Positions 1 through 10,769 of a stretch of 64,000 nucleotides of DNA are shown here, in pieces. Under the pieces are notes generated by a model. That model did not search any database, had not been told where the DNA came from, and saw nothing but the letters and a program-made list of their open reading frames with translations. This DNA comes from Octopus bimaculoides (taxonomy: Eukaryota): assembly GCF_001194135.2 (NCBI RefSeq), contig NC_069005.1, forward strand, positions 3,322,236 through 3,386,235. The letters run 5' to 3'. The position numbers were made by a program, and so were the translations under genes. Each line of letters opens with the position of its first letter. Positions within the stretch are counted from its first letter, which is position 1.

Positions 1-1199
1 TCTAAATGTTACTGGGTGAATGTTTCAAATAGTTCTGAAAAATAGACTTAAATAAATTTCCTGTAACATGTAAGACGAAAGAAAATTACAAAAAAAAAGT
101 GAAAACGTCCAGGTGATAATAACAGGTGTGTTGCACAATTTTAACGGCACGAATACATAATTATAGCGTGTTACAACACTGTATTGGGATTACAAATTGA
201 ATATATGTTGGTAAAATACGTTTTTAATTAAGTAGGCAGTTAATCCAATACCAGTGTGGGAAGATGTCTCGGTATTAGCTTCTTCGGCAATTTCTTTTTA
301 TGTGCACTAATATTGCTGTTTGTACAATTACCATAAAGTATATTTTGTTTTTTGTTTCTTGAGCATTTTGTTTCTCTCTGGATAGACATATATATCTTTG
401 GAGCAAACTGTAGTTTATAAAGCTTTCATTCAGCTATTTATGGTTTTTAATCTCGGGTGCTGTTAACTGTGTGTAGAGAAATATAACGATAACACGCAAA
501 GGAATTGCAATTTCAAACAACCAGCTCTGTTACCATAAATTGTGAAAAACACACGCACCCGTGCGAGTGTTTTATATTATTTCTATCGTAAAATCGTTCA
601 TGGTAAACCTTTTATATGTGAGACTCATTACAAATTAACTGGTCATTAAATGACTATATTACAGACAAGTTTACTCCTAAATTGGTGATCGGGCATTTGG
701 AAAGGTTCACGTAATTGAGAAGACGCTGTAGTTCGCCTCTGAATTCTATAAGAAACATTCTTCAAATGTTACTCTAACGTAAATATTTTATTAGATATAT
801 CAATGCAATTTTATTACATTATTTCGTTGCCAAAATAAAATATTAACACATATTTAAAATCGGAATTTGGTGTCAATCTAATTTTCATAATAAAACAACG
901 CAGATTAAATGGTGATTCCATCTATTTTTTGGACTATCACTATTCTCAATCTCTAAATAACTTCCATTCCATTCCGACAAATACTACATACCAAATCATA
1001 ACATTCGAACTACATGGAAACTCATAGACAACTGCTACCCTTCTTCTTCTTCTTACCACTTCTATATGTGTGAGTGCGTGTATACATGCATGAGTATTTC
1101 CACGCACACACAGACACAGACACACACATATATTAAACCATAGTTCGAACTATTCGAGTGTAGAATGTTTCGGCTCAGAATAGACCTCATAACGATAGT

Positions 1200-1369
1200 A
1201 GTCCTTTTCAAGACCGCCGGGACTCGCGAACCAAGTCCCAACAGCCATATAATTTCCGACTATCCAGCCCAACGGAAAGGCATTGGTCACCTCGGCACAC
1301 GTTGAAGGTGCCATGCGGTGATTCTGATCCCCGAGCCATGGGATTAAGTGCGGACCGTCTTACCACAGA

Positions 1370-1373
<4 letters not shown>
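1200..1373 (-). mobile_element. Diverged tRNA-derived SINE head (family B-like variant)
   Basis: Minus strand reads TGGCTCTGTGGTAAG...CACCGCATGGCACCTT, similar to the family B head TGGCTGTGTGGTAAG...CACTGCGTGGCACCTT at 2670 and 7519. Downstream part diverges. Confidence 0.5.
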
Positions 1374-1403
<30 letters not shown>

Positions 1404-1990
1404 CACATGTATCTTATATTACATATACTCATGATTTATCTAACCTCATTAATATCATTTCGTCGTATAATACCGCATCACATTCTGGTGCTTTTACTTT
1501 CCATAAATTATCTAGTATTGTTCTATCAGAAAATATTTCTAAAACTTTATTCAGTTGCTTTTACTAGATTTCGACGGAGATTACTCATATATAATTTAAT
1601 CATATACTTTATTCTCATAGAATCATCGAATCAAGTGTTTGCGGACAATATATCAAGGGATAGTATTAGTGTAATATTGTCCGGTGACATAACATACACA
1701 TATATTTATAATTACCTCAATTTGCTCAGTATCAATAAAATGTTTCATTTCTAGACAGCAAGTAATTTTAATAGTGACAATTTATTCACCACTTGAGAAT
1801 ATTAAGTTATATTTTGCCTTATTTCAAAAGTAATTGCCTGTAATACAAATTAGAATTTTTATAACACAATCTCTCATTTACGTAGAACTTAATTTACTTT
1901 CGTTGATTCTTTCTAAATATCCAAAAATCAAATATAAACCTCATAGACTCACGTAACTTAGTAAATCCTATTTATATAATTACTAATTGT

Positions 1991-2212
1991 AAGGTGGAAG
2001 ACGGCAGTGTTATTAACTTGCCGGGTAGAGGTGGAAATGCTTAGCGGTATTTCGTCAGTCCTTAATTTCTAAGTTCAAAACCCGCTGATGTCGACTTGTC
2101 TTTCTTCCTTTCAGCGTCAATAAAATAAGTACCAGTTATGCACTGTAGTTAATGTAATCGACTTACGCCCCCAACTCTAAATCTGCCAGCCTTGTGCTAA
2201 AATTTGAAACCA
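1991..2212 (+). mobile_element. SINE family A, tail type A3 (...CCTTGTGCTAAAATTTGAAACCA)
   Basis: Head ATGCTTAGCGGTATTTCG, B-box-like AGTTCAAA, core GTCGACTT..CTTTC..CCTTTC..GTCAATAAAATAAGTACCAG, shared with about 20 other copies in the window. Confidence 0.85.
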
Positions 2213-2229
2213 AAATTCTAAATAAGTGT

Positions 2230-2446
2230 AAGGTAGAAGCTGGGGGAATCGTTAGCACGCCGGGCAAAATACTGTATTTAAAGGCATTCATCCGTTTTGA
2301 CGTTTTGAGTTCAAATGCTGCTGAGGACTATTTCACCATTTAAACTTTCGGGGTCGAGAAAAGAAGTAGCGGTGGAGCACTGGAGTCAATAATATCGACA
2401 TATTCCGTCTTCAAAATTGCTGGTCTGGTGTCAAAATTTGAAACCA
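2230..2446 (+). mobile_element. SINE family A, tail type A3, tandem with previous copy
   Basis: GAATCGTTAGCACGCCGGGCAAAAT head, GAGTTCAAAT, CTTTCGGGGTCGA core, AAAATTTGAAACCA tail. Confidence 0.85.
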
Positions 2447-2669
2447 ATTTAATTTCTAATTGTAAAATATTTTATATATTTTTGTTTCTAAACACATGTA
2501 ACTCAATTATTTTTTTTCTATTTTTACTTTCGTAACACGAGCTTAAAAACTATATATTGTATAAAATTTCTTTTTCTCCACGCTTCAAAACATACATTTA
2601 TTTAATTGAAAATAAATACTTTTGAAACAGTGAAATTTTATTTCAAATTTTCTAATTTCACTAAAATTC

Positions 2670-3035
2670 AGGTACGGAAGTGGCTGTGCGGTAAGAAATT
2701 TTATTTTCAACCATATGGTTTGTAGTTCAGTCCCACTGCGTGGCATCTTGAGCATGTGACTTCTGATATAGCCCTGGGTTGACCAAAGTCTTGAGGGTGG
2801 ATTTGGTAGAAAGATTAAGAAATCTCGTCGTATATACACAAAAGTACATATATGTGTATGTGTGTATGTGAGGGGGGGGGGCGTGTTTTTGCGAGTGTGT
2901 TTGTGTGTCTGTGTTTGTGTGGAAGTGTTTATGCATGTAATTCAACACCGTTTGTCAACCGGTGTTGATCAGCTTACGTCCCGATGATCTAGCAGTTCAG
3001 CAAATGAAACCGATAGTACGGAGCTTTAATAAAAG
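2670..3035 (+). mobile_element. CORE-type tRNA-derived SINE family B (octopus OR-like), near full length, with internal (TG/TA) tract
   Basis: Head TGGCTGTGCGGTAAG, GTTCAGTCCCACTGCGTGGCA, CORE-like segment, GTGGATTTGGTAGA, internal microsatellite, then tail TTGTCAACCG...TTACGTCCC. Confidence 0.8.
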
Positions 3036-3450
3036 CAACTGTTTGCGTAAAACGAATGAATAAAACAAACATGCAGCGTAAAAGCTATGGTTACGTACCA
3101 GTCTGTATATGAGACGATGACGTGGTGATGACGTTGAAGCTGCGACGACTATAGCGAAACTACGTGTGCGCCGACAACGAGAAAGATCCTATAACGACGG
3201 TGACGATGCAAAGAACGACGATGAAGGTGGCGGAGAAGACGGTGCGTCCATGACGATGACGCCACTTGACGGCAACGCCGACAACAACGCTGTTGATGCT
3301 GCTGATAATGATGTCATCGCTAGAGCTGCGACAACGGCGAGGGTACCGTCGCCCGAAGACGCCATCAATGAGGATACAGATACGACGTTACCAACTCGTA
3401 AAACACGGTTCCATCATAATTTACTTTTTGGTTCACCCCCCCCCCCCTTG

Positions 3451-3687
3451 GCTTTTATTCCTTTGTTGCCCACAGGGGCTAAACATACAACGGACAAACA
3501 AAGAGAGACATCGGGATTAAGTCGATTACATCGATCCCCAGAGCGTAACTGGTAGTTAATTTATGACCCGGAAAGGAGGAACGGCATTGTCGACGTCGGT
3601 GGAATTCGAACTCAACGTAAAGGCAGACGAAATAACGCTAAGCATTTCGCCCGGCGTGCTAACAATTCTGCCAGCTCATCGTCTTTT
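3451..3687 (-). mobile_element. SINE family A, tail type A2 (...TTTAGCCCCTGTGGGCAACAAAGGAATAAAA)
   Basis: Plus strand CGCTAAGCATTTCGCCCGGCGTGCTAACAATTCTGCCAGCTC is the reverse-complemented head. The tail matches 56883-56950. Confidence 0.85.
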
Positions 3688-4225
3688 CCACTTGATATTT
3701 TCACAATAATTAGAATTATCTAAAGAAATATAGAATTTCTTCTGACAATATCTGATTTTGTAGGCAAATTGAATTCAATAAAATATTGTTTTCTAACACG
3801 GAAAAGAAAAAAAGAAAATTTAAAAAATGTTGAAACCTCGAAGGAAAATTTCAGAACGCAAACTACTCAGGGGATATGGTATTGACAGGTAAAGCTTAAC
3901 TGATCTGATCTTAATTAGCAATTCAGATTTTGGAGTAAAACTATTGGATGGCAGATCAATGAACTATGGTAGGAACGACTATCTGTTGTAGTGATACATT
4001 AGATAATTGGTGTGAAATCAATGAAAATGATCAACTGTTTGGCTTAGGATATGGAAGATTCTGTTACGTAGACGTTGTCCATTAACACTCCCACGTTGTG
4101 TGTCAGCAAAATCGGTGTCTTAGTAAACTGTGGTTAGTTGAATACACGCGCGCGCACACACATACAAATGGCTGCGGCTTTGAATAACTAACGTACAAAT
4201 AATACGCGTTGTAGGCTAAGCAAAT

Positions 4226-4346
4226 GTAACTACTACTACTATAACAACTACTACTTCTACTACTACTATTACTGCTGCTGCTACTGCTGCTGCTGCTGCT
4301 ACTACTGCTGCTGCTGCTGCTACTGCTGCTGCTGCTGCTGCTGCTC

Positions 4347-4388
<42 letters not shown>
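4226..4388. repeat. Compound (TAC)n/(TGC)n trinucleotide microsatellite
   Basis: Directly visible repeat; continuous with the 3' end of the minus-strand SINE at 4389. Confidence 0.95.
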
Positions 4389-4597
4389 ATGGTTTAAAAT
4401 TATTTTGGCACAAAGCCAGCAAGTTTGTGGTTGGATGGATGTAAGTCGATTACATAAGAAGTTACCTACCCCCATCCGCCGAAGGGATTAAAGGTAAAGT
4501 CAACCTCGCCCGAATTTGAGCTCAGAATACGAGAACAGACAAAATGCCGCCAAGAACTTGGCCCAGCGTGCTAACGAATTTAGCAGCTCACCGCTTA
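4389..4597 (-). mobile_element. SINE family A, tail type A3
   Basis: GGTTT.AAATT.TTTGGCACAAAGCCAGC tail, AAAGTCAACCTCGCCCGAATTTGAGCTCAGAA core, CGTGCTAACGAATT..CAGCTCACCGCTT head (all reverse complement). Confidence 0.85.
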
Positions 4598-4598
<1 letters not shown>

Positions 4599-4641
<43 letters not shown>

Positions 4642-4705
4642 AACTACTATTGCTTCTGCCGCTTCTACTGCTGCTGCTGCTGCTACTTCTATTGTTATTA
4701 CTAGT
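4599..4705. repeat. (TAC)n/(TGC)n microsatellite
   Basis: Directly visible repeat. Confidence 0.9.
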
Positions 4706-4706
4706 G

Positions 4707-4915
4707 ATAATGGTTTCAAATTACTTTGGCTTTTGGTAGGCAATTTTGGAGGTGACTCTACTCAGCTCGTAGCTATTTTATCACCCTCCCAATCAAACAG
4801 AAAAAGAAAAGAGATGAATAAAAGATGAAGAGAACCTAGGAGGAATTTAAACTCAAAACGTCAAGAAAGACGAAATGCCGCCAAGCGCTTTGTCCGATGC
4901 ACTAATGCTGCCTTC
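4707..4915 (-). mobile_element. Degraded SINE family A, tail type A3
   Basis: ATAATGGTTTCAAATT tail; GGAATTTAAACTCAAAACGT...GACGAAATGCCGCCAAGCGCTTTGTCCG head. Confidence 0.65.
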
Positions 4916-6013
4916 ATTTTGCAACTAATATTATTCCAGAGACGATTAGTCCATTCCTTATTTACGCAACAATATACCAAAAATAAATAACAATTTCTAC
5001 ATGAACCGATATATGTTCATATTGTCAGTTACAAAGACATTAAGTGGCGTATACTTGAGACACTTCACTTTATCTATGACTAGAATTTAAATATGAATTC
5101 CCATCAAGGATGTCATTCTTGTCTTTGGACTCTTGTTTACTTCAAAATTGGATTGTAAGAAACAATTTAGTTGATTGCTTCATCAAAGTGTTTATATAAT
5201 CCAAAAATGCTTCTTTAAAGTCAGTTTTAGCATAACAATAACATAACATCACCATCATCATTGTTACAACAGTTTCATCATCTACCTTCAATCATCCATT
5301 CATTCATCCGTTCATCATCATCATCTTCTTCTTCTTCTTCTTGAATTTGTTCCTCCTGTTCCCCCCTCCTTCATCTTCAATTTATTCCTTAATCATCATC
5401 ATCATCATCTAATTCTTTTTCTTGCTCCCTCCTTCTCAACCTCTTCTTCTTTCCCATGTTGTTGTCGTTCTTCATCTTATCAACACCGTTCTCCGGCACC
5501 ACAACCGCCAGCACCAGCATCACCATCACCAGCACCACCAGTACATACAAGGTCCCAATGTTTGCTGGAAATAGCAGTCGATAAGCGTACCACGCTAAAT
5601 AAAGCTTCACTGGATGTATAGAGACAAATATGTTGGAAAATAATACTATGGTATTATAATAATATTTATAATTTATATATCTATGCATGTACACATGTAT
5701 ACAGAAGGAAAGCACAGGCCGAAAAATTCCAGAAGTTGATTATTTAACTATAAATATGTAGATATATATTGAAGGATCATACTTACACAGTAGAAACGAA
5801 AGGGAAAATTAAAGGGGAATAGTTAGGGTTATATTCATGGTCGAAATGAATTTTTAACTTAATTCTGCTGGATCAAAATGAAACCTGGGCTAAATATTTG
5901 TTATAGTAATAGCATTGGTTTGCCCTTGAGCAGAAGAGCGAAGGCGTTAATAGAAACAGCAACAAATATTGGAAGGAAAATGGTATCAGGTCAATAAACT
6001 TCGAAATTATAAT

Positions 6014-6046
<33 letters not shown>
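6014..6046. repeat. (CAG)n microsatellite
   Basis: Directly visible repeat. Confidence 0.95.
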
Positions 6047-6049
<3 letters not shown>

Positions 6050-7518
6050 ATAATCTCATTGAGAGTCATCAAAACCTCAGGATGAGCAAAAGCCTAAACA
6101 AAAAAATTGTAAAAACCAAACCAGGTAATAGTAGCAAAAGAAATAAACAAGGTCCTTATAGTGGCCCAGAATCAAAGCAGAATCAGGGAAAGAAATTAAT
6201 AAATAGAACAAAAAATAACCCCAAAATTTTCCAAAAAAAAAAATCCCTAATCAACATGAGAAAAAACTAGGACAAGTCAGGAAATATGACGTCATCAAAA
6301 CTAATGACATCATCACAGGAGTACGCAATTAGCTGACGAACAATCAGGATCTGTTCCAGTAAACCCAAGGGAGGTGCGATAAACGAATTTTTCAAAATGA
6401 TTTTCATAATTGACAATTTTTCTCTGGTATGTGTGATTATTATTTGCTTGTGTTTTCTTGACTTGATTGCGTTTTCTACGCTGTTAGTATCATAGTTATT
6501 TTTTTTGGATTCGACGAAGAACCATGAACCTCCAGCGGGGTTTATGTTCCTACATGAATATAGTTGATTAATTTGGAAGATTTCTTGGGAAATTTTTTAG
6601 CTGAAATAGACAAAGAGAATGTGGACCACATAAGAAGAAAACTGACAATTTGTACGTTTTATATAGAATCGTTCTCATAGCAGGAAAGGAAACGAAATAA
6701 CAGTCTCATGGTACGAAACACAAGAAATTTACCATCTATAAAATATACACGTATATATATATATATATATAAGTGTATTGATATATATTTATNNNNNNNN
6801 NNNNNNNNNNNNNNNNNNNNNNNNNNNNNNNNNNNNNNNNNNNNNNNNNNNNNNNNNNNNNNNNNNNNNNNNNNNNNNNNNNNNNNNNNNNNNNNNNNNN
6901 NNNNNNNNNNNNNNNNNNNNNNNNNNNNNNNNNNNNNNNNNNNNNNNNNNNNNNNNNNNNNNNNNNNNNNNNNNNNNNNNNNNNNNNNNNNNNNNNNNNN
7001 NNNNNNNNNNNNNNNNNNNNNNNNNNNNNNNNNNNNNNNNNNNNNNNNNNNNNNNNNNNNNNNNNNNNNNNNNNNNNNNNNNNNNNNNNNNNNNNNNNNN
7101 NNNNNNNNNNNNNNNNNNNNNNNNNNNNNNNNNNNNNNNNNNNNNNNNNNNNNNNNNNNNNNNNNNNNNNNNNNNNNNNNNNNNNNNNNNNNNNNNNNNN
7201 NNNNNNNNNNNNNNNNNNNNNNNNNNNNNNNNNNNNNNNNNNNNNNNNNNNNNNNNNNNNNNNNNNNNNNNNNNNNNNNNNNNNNNNNNNNNNNNNNNNN
7301 NNNNNNNNNNNNNNNNNNNNNNNNNNNNNNNNNNNNNNNNNNNNNNNNNNNNNNNNNNNNNNNNNNNNNNNNNNNNNNNNNNNNNNNNNNNNNNNNNNNN
7401 NNNNNNNNNNNNNNNNNNNNNNNNNNNCAGTGTTTGGTTCAACCCAGAGGAATGTAACTTATCAGAGAATATATTAACTGAAGCAAATGTAAATGCACCA
7501 GACCCCGATCCTCCTATC

Positions 7519-7592
7519 ACGTAAACACACCAGAATCGGTTGTCGAGCGATGATAGTGGGCACACACACACACACACACACGCAAATACACA

Positions 7593-7624
<32 letters not shown>

Positions 7625-7790
7625 TACGGCGGCCTTTTTTCAGTTTCCGTCTACCAAATCCACTCACACGGATTTGGTCGGCCCGATGCTGTAGTAGAAG
7701 ACACTTGCCCAAGGTGCCACGTAGTGGGACTGAACTCGGAACCGGACTCATGTGGTTGGTATACGTGCTACTCACCACACCGCCACTTCT
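7519..7790 (-). mobile_element. CORE-type SINE family B with internal (CA)n
   Basis: CAGTTTCCGTCTACCAAATCCACTCAC...GAAGACACTTGCCCAAGGTGCCACGTAGTGGGACTGAAC. The reverse complement GGCACCTTGGGCAAGTGTCTT resembles the MIR/CORE motif GACCTTGGGCAAGT. Confidence 0.9.
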
Positions 7791-8276
7791 ATATATTTAT
7801 ATATATTTAGCGCGTATGTGTGTATGTATTAGTAAGAAGGGTAGTATATTAACTATGTAGCACTCTCAAATAATTGAGAGAAGACTGTGTTAACGCCAAC
7901 AATGGATTTTATTTATTAATGAAATGATTTGTGTCAATCGATTCCACCCTACTTCATATATCTCATCAAGTGAGATACAACATGCATCTTTTGTAGGCCG
8001 TTCAAGGAATTTTTAAATAAATAATTATTTTGAAAAGACTGTAGCTGGTGTACAACGTCATACAAGCCTTAATTTTTCGATATGTGTTTCTAAAGCGAAC
8101 GGAATCGTTTAAAATTTAAGCATTAATATTAAAATAAATTATTACAGTTATAGAAATGTTGCCAAGGGGGAGACACAAAAATGAGATTGTAGGTAATGGG
8201 GCTAGAAAATCATTTGAATAATTTATTCGGTTTCTTGAATTGAAGCTATATGGTTTCTAATTTGGGTATGTAGCCC

Positions 8277-8340
8277 AGGCGTCGAGCTGGCAGATTCGTT
8301 AGTAAGCCAGGCAAAATGCTTAGCGGCATTTCGTCTGTTT
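8277..8340 (+). mobile_element. SINE family A head only (3'-truncated)
   Basis: AGGCGTCGAGCTGGCAGATTCGTTAG...AAAATGCTTAGCGGCATTTCGTCTGT, then an abrupt switch to a local tandem duplication. Confidence 0.8.
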
Positions 8341-9690
8341 ATTAATAAATTGCAACCATGTTTATTAATAAATTGCAACCCGAGCGAAATAAACAATAAT
8401 ACTAATACTTAGAAGTATTATTTCTACTGCTACGGCCACTACTGCTAACAACAACAATAGTTAAGGTGCTCATTATGATGATAGCAGGAAAATGCTAGCA
8501 AAGTCAAGAGGAAAGTCAGTAAAAATTGTCTTATTTTGGGGTTTAAAGTTGTATTACCACAGATATTCCTACCACGACCACCTCCAAAGACAACAATAAT
8601 AACGGAGATGATAATGGTGATGATGATAATTGAAACGTAAAAATCCCTTGGAAATGTCTACAGCATTTCTAAAAATAGCCCAGCAATTACTACTTTGGCC
8701 ACGGTCAAAATACAGGTCTGCTGACATGTTCAACAAACCATGACGCCTAAACCGAACACCTATCAACTTAAGTAATTTAGTAAAATCACACACTGATTGG
8801 TCAGAAAACAGTTTGCAAAAATTAACATATTGGAGCTTGTGCAAATGTATTTAAGGCACACAGTTTAGCCATCTCGCCACAGTTGTAAATTGTAAATTGT
8901 CACCACTAATACATGAATCTGAAGACTGCATAGTTTAATGCATGAAAGTAATAGCTGAATCAGAATGGACATTTAATATTCTATGATTTCATTATATTAT
9001 ACAATCTTATATTATTATAAGATTATAAATAAGACGTAAAAATCAAAGTTGGGATTTCTTTGAGTAATATGAGTAATATATATATGTGTGTGTTTGTGTG
9101 TGTGTGTATGTGTGCGTGTGTATATATGTATATATGCTTATATATCTATATATATTTATATCTAAAAATATANNNNNNNNNNNNNNNNNNNNNNNNNNNN
9201 NNNNNNNNNNNNNNNNNNNNNNNNNNNNNNNNNNNNNNNNNNNNNNNNNNNNNNNNNNNNNNNNNNNNNNNNNNNNNNNNNNNNNNNNNNNNNNNNNNNN
9301 NNNNNNNNNNNNNNNNNNNNNNNNNNNNNNNNNNNNNNNNNNNNNNNNNNNNNNNNNNNNNNNNNNNNNNNNNNNNNNNNNNNNNNNNNNNNNNNNNNNN
9401 NNNNNNNNNNNNNNNNNNNNNNNNNNNNNNNNNNNNNNNNNNNNNNNNNNNNNNNNNNNNNNNNNNNNNNNNNNNNNNNNNNNNNNNNNNNNNNNNNNNN
9501 NNNNNNNNNNNNNNNNNNNNNNNNNNNNNNNNNNNNNNNNNNNNNNNNNNNNNNNNNNNNNNNNNNNNNNNNNNNNNNNNNNNNNNNNNNNNNNNNNNNN
9601 NNNNNNNNNNNNNNNNNNNNNNNNNNNNNNNNNNNNNNNNNNNNNNNNNNNNNNNNNNNNNNNNNNNNNNNNNNNNNNNNNNNNNNNNNN

Positions 9691-9734
<44 letters not shown>

Positions 9735-10109
9735 TTTTCTTCCATCTTCAAACAATGAACTTCAAATGAAGTTGTAACGATTTTATTATTATTCGTGGGC
9801 TGAATCATAGCTTCTTTGTTGGATTGCTCAAATTTCAGACTAAATGAGATAATGATGTCTAAATTCCCCGAAAGGAGATAAAAATACTAGTAGGTATGCT
9901 TTATCTTGATAAAAAATAATTAAAAAATCTGCCATTTATTGGATTTAGTCAACATATATTTATAACAAACATACAAAATATTCCTATTTCTGGAGCTTCT
10001 TAAAAGATGTTTAATACTGCACGATTTGTATCTCTGTATTGAGAAAAGTATCGGATGACGTTATACATCATTGGTCATAATTCGCTTTCTCTCTTTGCTT
10101 TAGCTTCCG

Positions 10110-10322
10110 AGTGATTCCACACTTCCAGTTGGGCGGTCGGTGAAACAGTGTCCCTGTATGGAAAGCCCACCCCTCGAAGCGATATCCAGTACCAGCTGAG
10201 TGGAGTGGAGTGGAGCAACGTGAAATGCCGTGAGTTGCTTTAGAATAGAATGCAAACACACCCTGTATGTCGAATCGACGATTTAGGTGATCCACCCTAA
10301 TAATTGAGCTATGTGCCTTGAC
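10110..10322 (-). mobile_element. Diverged tRNA-derived SINE, a third family
   Basis: Minus strand: AAGGCACATAGCTCAATT (A-box-like), GATTCGAC (B-box-like), then ATTTCACGTTGCTCCACTCCACTC.ACTCAGCTG body. Confidence 0.6.
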
Positions 10323-10367
10323 ACATATTTCATATATTCAGTTTAATAGACAAACAATAAAATAATC

Positions 10368-10580
10368 GTTTCTAATCTAGGCACGAAGCCTGGAATTTTG
10401 GGGGGAGGGGCCAGTCGATTAGATGGACCCCAGTACGCAACTGGTGTTTAATTTATCGACCCCCAAAGGATGAGAAGCAAAGTCGACCTCAACCGAATTT
10501 GAACTCAGAACGTAAAGAGAGGCGAAATACCCCTGAGGCATTTCACCCGGCGTGCTAAATTTTCTACCAGCTCACAGCCC
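10368..10580 (-). mobile_element. SINE family A, tail type A1 (...GCCTAGATTAGAAA)
   Basis: Full head, core and tail match to other copies (AAAGTCGACCTCAACCGAATTTGAACTCAGAACGTAAAG). Confidence 0.9.
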
Positions 10581-10599
10581 TACACATAATAAAATAATC

Positions 10600-10769
10600 T
10601 TTTCTACTTTGGGCACAAGGCCCGAAATTTTGAGGGAGGGATACACTCGATTAGATGGAATCCAGTACGCAACTAGTACATAAGTTATCGACCACGATAT
10701 GATAAAAGGCAAAGTCGACCTCAGCCGAATTTGAACTCAGAACGTATAGACAGAAGAAATACCGCTAAG
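10600..10769 (-). mobile_element. SINE family A, tail type A1, 5'-truncated
   Basis: GGCAAAGTCGACCTCAGCCGAATTTGAACTCAGAACGTATAGACAGAAGAAATACCGCTAAG, then unrelated sequence. Confidence 0.88.

Noticed and set aside
1140-1195. 14-bp palindrome ATAGTTCGAACTAT and a minus-strand hammerhead-like string (TTATGA-GGTCT..GAGCC-GAAACATT)
   Set aside because: Palindromes of this length are expected by chance. The hammerhead-like string has a broken core and no stem I.
6334-6365. CTGACGA box as a possible hammerhead
   Set aside because: No GAAA at the required position and no stems I/III.
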